Assembly: GCF_037042905.1 (NCBI RefSeq)
Contig: NC_087246.1
Coordinates: forward strand, 4,342,001-4,406,000
Origin: Lytechinus pictus
Taxonomy: Eukaryota
Direction: 5' to 3'
Length of the DNA stretch: 64,000 nucleotides
The notes under the pieces were generated by a model. The model saw only the letters and a program-made list of their open reading frames with translations, made no database searches and was not told the DNA's origin. Position numbers and translations under genes: made by a program. Shown one piece after another: positions 1 to 9,745 of the stretch (positions within the stretch are counted from its first letter, which is position 1; every line of letters starts with the position of its first letter).

Positions 1-548
1 ATGCTACTTCAACTTGGCTATTTTCATGTACCTCCATTATAAAAAAATTGTTCCACCAAGTCTTTCTGATAAATTTTCTTTTAATGACGATTTCCATTCA
101 TATAATACACGCAGTTCCTCTCATTTTCACTTACCATTGACGAGAACTAATGTTGCAAAAAAATATATTTTTTAAAAGTTCTAATCATTTGGAATAACCT
201 TCCTTTATATATAAAAGATAGCCCTTCCCTTTCCGTTCGCAAAAGGAGACTAAAATCATATTTAATTGACAACTACACTACTTAATTCATTTTCTATATT
301 ACAGGCTTTACCGTTACTTTGTTTATGTTACGTATTTAGGTTTTTTAGGTGTTGTATATTGTCAGTTTTTTTGGGGGGTATAATTTGTATTTTGTTCTAT
401 TGGTGGCAGCACCAATAAGGCTTCTCTGCCTTCTAAGCTGTCTCCACGTTTCATGAATTATTTATATTTCTTGTATATTCCAATATGTTTTGTAAATGTT
501 ATTTTTAATACATGAACAAAATAAATGCATATGAATGAAAGAATGAAA
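1..548 (+). mobile_element. 3' remnant of an L2/CR1-group LINE (ORF2 C-terminus, 3'UTR, GAAT tail)
   Basis: Degenerate translation HSYNTRSSSHFHLPLTRTN...LWNNLPLYIKDSPSLS..KRRLK is typical of LINE ORF2 ends; followed by AATAAA and short (GAAT)n at ~530-548. Confidence 0.6.
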
Positions 549-805
549 GTTCTTGCCATTTGTTAACATTATTTTAACATTAACATTATTACAAGTTATG
601 CATGACATTATGAATGACTGAAACTTGGTAAGAGTAATATCTTTGTAAAGATGCAACATGCAAACTTCCAGATGTGAAACCTTTGTAAACTCGGTCTGTG
701 TGACTATTTTCTGTGTGTCTGTCCGTCTGTTTTAGTGTCAGTGGTTCTCACGGTCAATCTTCTCTCTATGACTCTATTTATCATTTCTTCCTATCTATTA
801 CTCAC

Positions 806-921
806 TTAACAAGAAACTCATCTGGGCAATCTTCTAGAGAGTAGTCCTTTATGTTTGTACATATATACTGCATGCAACTCTCAAGGAGACGCGGAACCTT
901 GGTTTCTTCATGATATGGATT
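806..921 (-). CDS. Coding exon 3 of Tpt1/KptA-N-lobe gene: NPYHEETKVPRLLESCMQYICTNIKDYSLEDCPDEFLV (BC-box/cullin-box-like)
   Basis: Acceptor tttccacag| at 922, phase 0 matching exon 2; open frame; ends at AA|gtgagt donor (805). Read-through would hit TGA at 804-802. The gene probably continues left of the window. Confidence 0.75.
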
Positions 922-1078
922 CTGTGGAAATGGAAACAAACACCATAAAATATAATAAAAGTTACTGTTATCAAAACCTATACCAAATGATTTATCAGGG
1001 TTTTTTATTCAGCTCTAAGTGATATGTCTGCATTGCTTTATATCAAATGGCAACTTTTTCACATACAGGAATAATCAT

Positions 1079-1310
1079 GGGGGGGGGTGGTCATAAAGGA
1101 TAAAGTGTGACTAAGAACCACAAATAAATTTCAAGCCGTGTATAACATATAATGCATCATGTCACTGGTCAAATTACACTCTACTGCCTATTTTCCGCTA
1201 TGTTGACATTAAGCATGTTCAATGTCCACATATATGCTTAACATCACATGTGTGTTGGCAACTAAGCATGACCTTAAGTCCAACTGAACTCTTTGTGAAA
1301 CACTCCCGGG
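1079..1310. mobile_element. Small MITE in intron
   Basis: Imperfect inverted termini gggggggggtggtcataaag ... ctttgtgaaacactcccggg. Confidence 0.4.
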
Positions 1311-1692
1311 TATCTCAAGTTGAAACGAATAGGTACGCTGGAACTTCCTGGTAGTCACTTTCATCTAAAAGATCTACAAGTAACATTAAACTGGCATAAA
1401 ACTATAGGCTTTTTGACTATTAACTTAGCATAAAAAAGTCATGGTCTACTTTCTTTAGAACAAATAGCAGTAGAAGTCAATCTAAACTCTGGAAAATCAG
1501 GGTCAAAATAATGCATTGAATAAATGCTATTTACAATTCATGCATTTTAAATTATAAAGAAAAAATAAATTGAATAAAAAAATGTAATATTTTATAATTT
1601 AATATATTTAGAGGACACCATCCTATGAACTCTGCAGCATATTTCATCTAAAAGAGAAAGGGAAGACAGAGTACCATCATTAATGTACATAC

Positions 1693-1868
1693 CCTCTCAA
1701 ATCTCCGGTTATAGCTGGCTCTAACATAGACAGTGTTCTTCTCTTTCTTATCCTCATATCTTCTCTTGCCATTGAATGATTTTGATGATTGTATTTCCTG
1801 AAGAACCTCTTCTGTCTTATACCATCTAAGAAGGGAAACTTGGACAAGGTCATTCAACTTGACATAAC
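1693..1868 (-). CDS. Coding exon 2 of Tpt1/KptA-N-lobe gene: (G)YVKLNDLVQVSLLRWYKTEEVLQEIQSSKSFNGKRRYEDKKEKNTVYVRASYNRRFER
   Basis: Acceptor tttatattcag| at 1869 (phase 1, completes Gly), donor AGG|gtatgt at 1692; GYVxLxDL, KxRY and VRA motifs match the KptA/TRPT1 N-terminal lobe. Confidence 0.85.
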
Positions 1869-3954
1869 CTGAATATAAAGATTTTTCAATGAAAATTATT
1901 TGATTAAACAATTTGCATAAGACTGTCATCTTACGCATGTATCCCGTGATCTTTAAAAATTGAAGCTATGCTATGCAAATTTTTAACTTTGAAAAGTAAT
2001 ACTAAAGGTAAACCCAAACCTTAACAGTCTCTGTTTCAACGGTTGTTCCAGTGGACAACGTCTTGCTTCACTACTCCTCTTACATAATACTGAAGTCATT
2101 CTTCTACTCTGTACTGGGAACAAATACCCCAACTTTGATTTTCACTATTAAAAACAACATTTTGCATCGAAACATAGGTCTATGAATGACTGAACTTTTG
2201 AAAATAATCAGAATCAATACATTAAAATCAGAACCTGGCTTTTTACATTGGGCCTATAGGATATAGGTCCCTCACACTGTGTGCGAGATTGCTAACCGTT
2301 TGTGTAAGAGAAACAAAAAAATGTTTAAAAACTCCAATAAACAGATGGATTATACTTTCACCTAGAAACAAGGGAATCTGGTTAAGTTAACAGAATTGAC
2401 TTTATTGTCAGTGCATTAACACATGATAAAAATATTCTTTCACCTCTACTATTAACCTGAAGATTATGATATTTATCAGTATACAGAAGAAAAAGGCAGA
2501 GTTTGGTAGATCTTGATCTAGACTGATAAATCTGCTGTTTCTTCAGAGTTTTTTCTCTTTTGACAGAGGGGATACCGCAGAGCCTGACAAAGTCTCGGCG
2601 GAACATATCCCTGATAGAAATAAGACCTATTTATTGGTCTAATCTTGATCCTACTTGAACTTATGAATTAAATATATGCATTAATAATGAAGGTGTTGAG
2701 ACACCTGATAACAAAGAGAATAGTTCTGCTGGTTAGTGGCAGCCATGGGTGCATTACATGCCGCCGTGCACAGGAAAAGAGAAGCCACGGCGCATGCAAC
2801 ATTTGCATGGGATTGCGCAAATTTAAGAATAGCTTTAATATAATCAAGTCCTTCTACAAAACTTTGTATTACCAAACAATGTGAAGTCAATTTCCCCTAA
2901 TATCATGAATATCACTCAAATATATTATTCTAAGCGCTGATTTTTCTTCTCGTTGACGAAATATGGTCTGGACAAATGTGAAGACTCACCGTTTCTGAAT
3001 TTTTCATCTAAAGAGGGCACACAATTTATATTCATATCAAAGAAATTGCAAGGGAAAGATGCAAAGCGTTACGCAAAGTCGGCAAAGTGGCCAATCTTTT
3101 TATTGTATAGACTTTAATGGAACATTTGTTGACATACGAACATAGGCTCGCAATGCTGGCTTCGTTCAAGGCATGTAGAATTTTCTATTTTTTTGTTTCA
3201 TGGCTTCAAATGTTTTCCAAAAAGTGTTATCAGTAATAATTATCTAATAGTACATAATTTTTTAAGTTATTGCATTTATTAATGTCTATATTTTATCAAA
3301 CAATTATAGGAAATGCGCATTCAATGAATTCAGACATAGTTATAAAATACCGGCGAGCTGAATTAAGGTTGTGAATTGTATTAGCACCACCATCAAGCTT
3401 TCTTTTATTTCCGTTGAAGAGACATGTATGCGAAGCACCTTTCCAGGCCGAGGTAAGCAATTTTGCTCTTTCTTATGTGCTTTTTATATAAAATATAATT
3501 TAAAAAATGCAAAACGGATAGATACTCACCGGAAAGAGCTCCGGTGAGTAGCGAAACGAGTTTCGGCAAAAATTATTCCTGTTATTAAGGGATGTAAACA
3601 GACAACTCCAATTTCCATTGTGTAATCACATTCGTAGTGTGAGGTTAGTATAGCATACTAACCTTGCAATACGTGTGAGTGGGTTAGTGGTTATTGTACT
3701 ACTGCTGATAGACAAAATCATGAGAATAATACAAAATTGCTTTTTGTTAACAACCATGACAATGTACTTTCACAAGGTGAGAAAAATTAATGTTATATCA
3801 TAACCTTGTTCATTGAACAATGCTATGAAGTACGATTATGATAATCCCCACTCACACAAGCATGCGAGGTTAGTTCCAGCCTTTACTAACCTTAGAGCAA
3901 CAAATACATTTCTGGATCAGACAAATCCTTTCATGTGAAGATGAACAAACATAC

Positions 3955-4099
3955 CTTGTGGACAAACGGACAGTCCTTCCTGTTTCGCTCCATATCGAAG
4001 TAGGTAAGTGAGTTTCTTGCCAAGTCGTTCACTGTGTTTGAACTGTTCATTCTCCTTTTCATGGTCTTCATCGACCTCTCTGGTAATTTCTTGTGACAT
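3955..4099 (-). CDS. Coding exon 1 of Tpt1/KptA (tRNA 2'-phosphotransferase/TRPT1-like) N-lobe gene: MSQEITREVDEDHEKENEQFKHSERLGKKLTYLLRYGAKQEGLSVCPQ(G)
   Basis: ATG in aaaacATG context; LGKKLTYLLRYGA..EGL..(D)G matches the LSKxLSYxLRHGAxxxGLxxxxDG family signature; donor G|gtatgt at 3954; acceptor cccccttgtcacag| at 4138 gives 38 nt of UTR. Confidence 0.85.
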
Positions 4100-4384
4100 G
4101 TTTTAATGATGATCACACAATTCACAAAAAGAAGAATCTGTGACAAGGGGGGAAATAATAAATAGGTTAACCAGTAACCAATGTCAATATACAAATCGGT
4201 GAACCTAATCCACGTCACTCTAGGCGACACCCCAATACTTACCCGTGCTAATAAACTGGGACTCCACTCACGCGCGTTTGGGCCTCCCTAGCTTAGAACT
4301 AAGCACTAATATCACCTTAAAAACTAAATCTACAAGGTATGTATAATCTATTTACAACTTTAATAATGTTTAATCGGTACTCAC

Positions 4385-4480
4385 CGGTTCTTTTGTTGCA
4401 TTTTCAGACCATTTCTCACAATTCTTCGTAAATATTTGCGGCAAATTTTGTCGCCATAGACAGCTTAGCATCCATCTTTA
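4385..4480 (-). other. Probable non-coding first exon (with uORF) of the Tpt1-N gene
   Basis: Consensus donor ccg|gtgagt at 4384; an alternative donor cgg|gtaagt near 4242; 5' boundary approximate. Confidence 0.5.
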
Positions 4481-4810
4481 TTGATAAATGGAGCGCCCTT
4501 TACGATAGTTGTTAATGCCGCGGAGAAATCGTTAGGCATTTTGGCCTGTGTTCAAGGCGTTCTTTCTGTTTTATTTTTTATATTGAAGATTGTGCATTTG
4601 TTGAATAGCGCCGTCTACGTCAGGTATGAGATCGAGTGTATAAATACACTCTTCCAAAATAATTATGATTCCGACCTGGCGCTGTTTAACTTCAATCTCT
4701 TTCACCTAAATTAGCGATGAATGCTAGCATTATAAAATATATATTATTAATGTCTGACGAAAAGAATAACCAACCGATCAGCTGACGAGAACGCGAATCA
4801 CGTGATCTTC
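4480..4810. promoter_or_regulatory. CpG-enriched putative bidirectional promoter
   Basis: Locally CpG-rich, CRE-like TACGTCA near 4617, palindromic E-box TCACGTGA at 4798-4805, flanked by outward-facing splice donors on both strands. Confidence 0.55.
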
Positions 4811-4880
4811 ATATCAGCTTCGATCGCGAGTCAGAAGAGAAGAGCAGCTGCCCAGAAAATCAGGAAAAAGCCGTGAAAAT
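4810..4880 (+). other. Putative first exon of an unidentified divergent plus-strand transcript
   Basis: Purine-rich segment ending AAAAT|gtaagt (consensus donor at 4881); no downstream coding exon identified. Confidence 0.45.
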
Positions 4881-5522
4881 GTAAGTTCCCCTTCATTTCT
4901 TTCATTTTTTGTTGTTGCTAACGATGCATTTACACTATAAAATTATAATTTAAATAAGAGAAAGGAATATAGCTTGTACTTGTGATATGATAATATAAAT
5001 ATCCTGTTCTCAGAGATTTCTAACCAAAAATACTACTGATGTCGCCTATGAGGTCCATACATGTAATGTTGGACCTCATTGGTACTAGGAGTGATCCACG
5101 TTTGTTACTCTGTAGAAGTTACTACTAACAAAATTATTAGGGCGTGGGGCTGAAATGTACAGTTCCGCAATAAATATCGTGGTTTCTCTTCAAAATCAAC
5201 ATCTAGTTTATCAAACAGTACTTACTGTAAATTTCTACATGTCATCCTAAATCAGGTACAAGTACTCAGATACAAAGTGAAATTGCAAGATATGTAAAAC
5301 GATGAAATGTTCATCTCGAGAGGCACAATGCAGCCGACAACAGCATTGCACAACATTGCGAAAGTCGTTTCTTTACCAATAGGCCATGCACGCATGCGCA
5401 AGCGGCGTGGCGGATATACTGCCAGCGGTAATTTGCTTTTTTTTTTTTTTTTTTTTTTTTTTTTTGGGGGGGGGGGGGGCGGGTGCTCCGTGTATGTATC
5501 AATATTCTCCATAGGCAACACC

Positions 5523-5938
5523 AAGCGGCGTACCTAGGATTTTCCACAAGGGGGGCACATTTTCTTGAGGATATTTCGTCCGCAAAAAAACGGTCTTCAA
5601 CCACAAATAAAGGATTTCGTACCAGAAAAAAAAATTGACAAGCAAAAAAAAAAAAAAAAAAAAAAAAAGTCTTCAACCGAAAATAAAGGGCATTTCGTAC
5701 CAGAAAAAAATTGACAAGCCCCCCCCCCAAAAAAAAGGTCTTCAAGTTCAAAAGAGGGGGCACACGTTGGTTTTCGTTGCATATTTACATTACAAATTAT
5801 TAATTATATGCTTCTCAAAGGGGGGAACGTCCCCCGGATCAGTTGTGACTCGTCAGGGGGCAGGGGTAACGTCCCCTGCATGAGTTGTGACTCGTCAGGG
5901 GGGCAGTCTGCCCCCTGCCCCCCTTAGGTACGCTAGTG
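5523..5938. mobile_element. Non-autonomous hAT-like DNA transposon
   Basis: Termini aagcggcgtacctagg / cttaggtacgctagtg; 8-bp TSD GCAACACC at 5515-5522 and 5939-5946. Confidence 0.75.
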
Positions 5939-6019
5939 GCAACACCCCTGGGATTCATTGACGAGTAGATACCATGCATGCGTGACCAAAAATTACGTAG
6001 GATCTCTTTTTCAAGATAG

Positions 6020-6462
6020 CCGGGGCACGTTACGTCATGCAGGTACGTAGACTACGTAACGTATTAATAAGGGTGTCAAAAGCACTAAAATAATGAAAAA
6101 GGGTATATATTTCGTGAGGAAAACTAAAATACCCTAAAATATATGTTTGCCCCAACACTGCGTGTTTAGGGTCCGATTTGAGCAAGGTATGTGGGATGGC
6201 ACTACACCCAATGAAAGTAAAGGTAAAGCCGACGTCCGTGATCATACATCCGTGACATAACAATATCGTTGTACTTGTTTAGGGAGTCAATTCAGGGAAT
6301 ACTTGTCAAGGGTATCGCTTTGTTTCCAATAGGGTTTCACACTCCAATATTGTTAAGGGGTGCATTTTTAGAACATGTAAAATACTTATAGGGTGCTCAT
6401 TTTCGAAACCCCATGCATGGTCATGGTATCCACTCGTTAATGGAAGTGCCCCCCCCCCCGGA
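6020..6462. mobile_element. MITE with CCGGGG..CAC / GTG..CCCCGG termini
   Basis: Imperfect inverted ends gccggggcacg / aagtgccccccccccgg; internal agggtg/agggta repeats. Confidence 0.55.
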
Positions 6463-6479
6463 TTACAACTTACCAGCAA

Positions 6480-7000
6480 TGTATTTTCATAAATCGGCAT
6501 ATACCTTTTTAAATTTTTGTTGTTGTTTGATACAAATCAGAATTTATATAAATACAATACACGCTCCTCTTCATTAATTAATTTGCCAAGACACAGGACG
6601 TGTTCTAATCAACATAATAATCATTTTATATATGTTAAAAAGTGGAACAACTTACCTAAAGACATCAGAAATGCATCAACTTTGAATAACTTTAAGTCAG
6701 ACTAAACTTGAAAAAAAAACTTACGTCTGGTCCCTAAATTTTGTGATTTGCTTTAGAGTTTTAGTTGTGGGATGATTGGTTTGATGATTTATTTACTGTT
6801 TCAATTGATATACTAGTATTTTATATAAAGTTGCCGTTTCCCCCCCCTTGTTTTCCCCTTAATTGTTTTGTATAGTATTCTGTTTACGCATTTATTGTCT
6901 ATGTCACGGGGCGCTCTTCAGTAGCCGTGCTTTCTGAGTCACGTCCATTGTTTTGTTCAAGTTCTTAAAAATGTATTAATGCTTTTATCATTGGAAATAA
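6480..7000 (+). mobile_element. LINE 3' remnant (L2/CR1 group)
   Basis: YNTRSSSLINLPRHRT...KWNNLPKDIRNASTLNNFK in ORF 6517-6705; AATAAA near 6996. Confidence 0.6.
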
Positions 7001-7849
7001 ATGTACTTTCATTCGTGTGGCAAAATGGATTAATGTCACCAAAATTTCCTACATATTGAGGTGGAACCCTTTTTTTTTTTTACATCAGCACCCCCTGCCA
7101 ATCGTTCCCAGGGCCCGTCCCAGCTAGGCCCTGTTGGATTAGCGCTTTGATTGAAGTACAATCAAAGAAAATAAGTATATTTATTCTTATTATTATTGTT
7201 ATTGATATTATTATCATTAGTGTTGTTGTTACTATCGTTATTATTATCATTATCAATAATCATTACATTTATTATTATTGTTATTATTGTAATCATTACT
7301 GACGAGGATGATTATGAAAGATGTCTATAAATACGATTCTTCTTGAAATCTTAATTAACGTAGTAACATCATGGCGGCTTTGAAGAAAATCAAGACTGGG
7401 GTCTTAGCAAAAATTTTAAAAGAATAATGAATTTTTTTCTCGAGATCCTTACGTCATCAGGAAAGATATTTCTGTTTCAGCCGTTAATTTTTCCCCATTA
7501 TGAATTCAGAGAAGAAAATAGCAAAAAGCCGACAGCAAGCAACATGATGCAAGGACACAACTTTATTAAATTCATATCGAAATTCTAGACGCAGGACTCA
7601 CCACTTCAATTAATTTGATTAAATTCCCCGTATGATGGATCACTCAGCGATTTGAATTAAATCGATCCATCCTGCATGATCATTACAGATTAAGATGCCT
7701 ATAACAACTCAAAACATCTTGAAAAGAAAATGCATTACATTGAAAAATTAGAGAATGATGCCAACAACAGGGGCCGCGGAATGGTTTTGAAAGCGCGGGG
7801 GCTGAGCCAAAGGGGGTGGGGGGGGGCTGGTCATGCAAAAAATGCAACT

Positions 7850-9095
7850 TGCACCTTTCCTCTTTTCTCTTTACCCCTCTCCTTCTTCGCCCCCCCCCTC
7901 TCTCCCCCTATTGGTACTGTAACATGCACCTTACCTCTTTCCTCTTTACCCCTTTCCTTCTTCGTCCCCCTCCATCTCTCCCCCTATTGGTACTGTAACA
8001 TGCACCTTACCTCTTTTCTCTTTACCCCTCTCCTTCTTCGTCCCCCTCCCTCTCTCCCCCTATTGGTACTGTAACATGCACCTTACCTCTTTTCTCTTTA
8101 CCCCTCTCCTTCTTCGTCCCTCCTCCCTCTCTCCCCCTATTGGTAATGTAACATGCACCTTCTCTCTTTTCTCTTTACCCCTCTCCTTCTTCGTCCCCCC
8201 TCCCTCTCTCCCCCTATTGGTAATGTAACATGCACCTTCTCTCTTTTCTCTTTACCCCTCTCCTTCTTCGTCCCCCCTCCCTCTCTCCCCCTATTGGTAA
8301 TGTAACATGCACCTTCTCTCTTTTCTCTTTACCCCTCTCCTTCTTCGTCCCCCCTCTCTCTCCCCCTATTGGTAATGTAACATGCACCTTCTCTCTTTTC
8401 TCTTTACCCCTCTCCTTCTTCGTCCCCCCTCTCTCTCCCCCTATTTGTACTGTAACATGCACCCTCTCTCTTTTCTCTTTACCCCTCTCCTTCTTCGTCC
8501 CCCTCTCTCTCCCCTTTATTGGTACTGTAACATGCACCTTCTCTCTTTTCTCTTTACCCCTCTCCTTCTTCGTCCCCCCTCTCTCTCCCCCTATTGGTAC
8601 TGTAACATGCACCCTCTCTCTTTTCTCTTTACCCCTCTCCTTCTTCGTCCCCCCCCCTCTCTCTCCCCATATTGGTACTGTAACATGCACCCTCTCTCTT
8701 TTCTATTTACCCCTCTCCTTCTTCGTCCCCCCTCTCTCTCCCCATATTGGTACTGTAACATGCACCCTCTCTCTTTTCTCTTTACCCCTCTCCTTCTTCG
8801 TCCCCCCTCTCTCTCCCCATATTGGTACTGTAACATGCACCTTCTCTCTTTTCTCTTTACCCCTCTCCTTCTTCGTCCCCCCTCTCTCTCCCCATATTGG
8901 TACTGTAACATGCACACTCTCTTTTTTCTCTTTACCCCTCTCCTTCTTCGCCCCCCTCTCTCTCCCCATATTGGTACTGTAACATGCACCCTCTCTCTTT
9001 TCTCTTTACCCCTCTCCTTCTTCGTCCCCCTCTCTCTCCCCCTATTGGTACTGTAACATGCACCCTCTCTCTTTTCTCTTTACCCCTTCCCTTCC
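7850..9095. repeat. Pyrimidine-rich minisatellite, ~75-76 bp unit, ~16 copies
   Basis: Unit TATTGGTACTGTAACATGCACC(TC-rich)TTTACCCCTCTCCTTCTTCGTCCCCCC... recurs; the overlapping ORFs show a 25-aa periodicity. Confidence 0.95.
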
Positions 9096-9698
9096 CCTTC
9101 TCCCCACCAACCTTCCAATACAGGTATCAACATTGCTATCAGCATACAATATCTGTTTTTTGTTGTTGAAAAATCCGGAAGCACGAGGTTGAAAGCGTGC
9201 AAGGGCTTTTCTGTTTCAACACCCACACGTGTCAAACGGCATGGTAAGCATGTTTTTTAACCAATCCTACAATATTTACGTACTTTGAATCACACGCGTC
9301 AAATTGATAATGCATACGTATATATAAATCACTGGGATAAATCACCCCAAACTCCCTTCGATTGATCGATTGATTACGAATATATCCTATCAAGATTTAT
9401 ATCCCAAAGTGATAGTTGGTACCGTATAGAGAGTTCGTTGTGAGTGTTCTGTTACATCTCAAGATAAGGCGCTTGATTAAAAAGTTTCATGATGTCACAA
9501 CACGACCGTCTCGACTGTATTGGTGATTCGTAGTTACAATAAAATTTGAAGAGAAATTTGATATTTTGAAGGCCGCCACCGCCACTTCCGTCACCCCCTC
9601 CTCTTCCTCCCCAGAGTTACGGACACAAAAATAGTGATTAGATTCGTTGAAGTACTTTATAAACATTGTGGTCATAAATTTTTTGAAAATAATTTGTA

Positions 9699-9702
<4 letters not shown>

Positions 9703-9745
<43 letters not shown>
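9703..9745. repeat. (ATTG)n microsatellite
   Basis: Direct reading. Confidence 0.9.

Noticed and set aside
2382..2610. Additional coding exon in intron 1
   Set aside because: Good acceptor at 2611, but the phase-1 frame reaches a stop after ~22 codons, and exons 1 and 2 already join across the conserved motif
806..4099. Canonical TRPT1 gene symbol
   Set aside because: Catalytic His and the QGHS motif are missing and no NAD lobe is visible, so orthology is not supported
5252..5883. Poly-K/F/P/G ORFs (also 51740-52025 and 58605-59057)
   Set aside because: Homopolymer and dinucleotide runs within MITEs or microsatellites
7730..9169. ORFs up to 250 aa with 25-aa repeats
   Set aside because: Open in several frames on both strands as a by-product of the minisatellite; unit lengths vary and break frames
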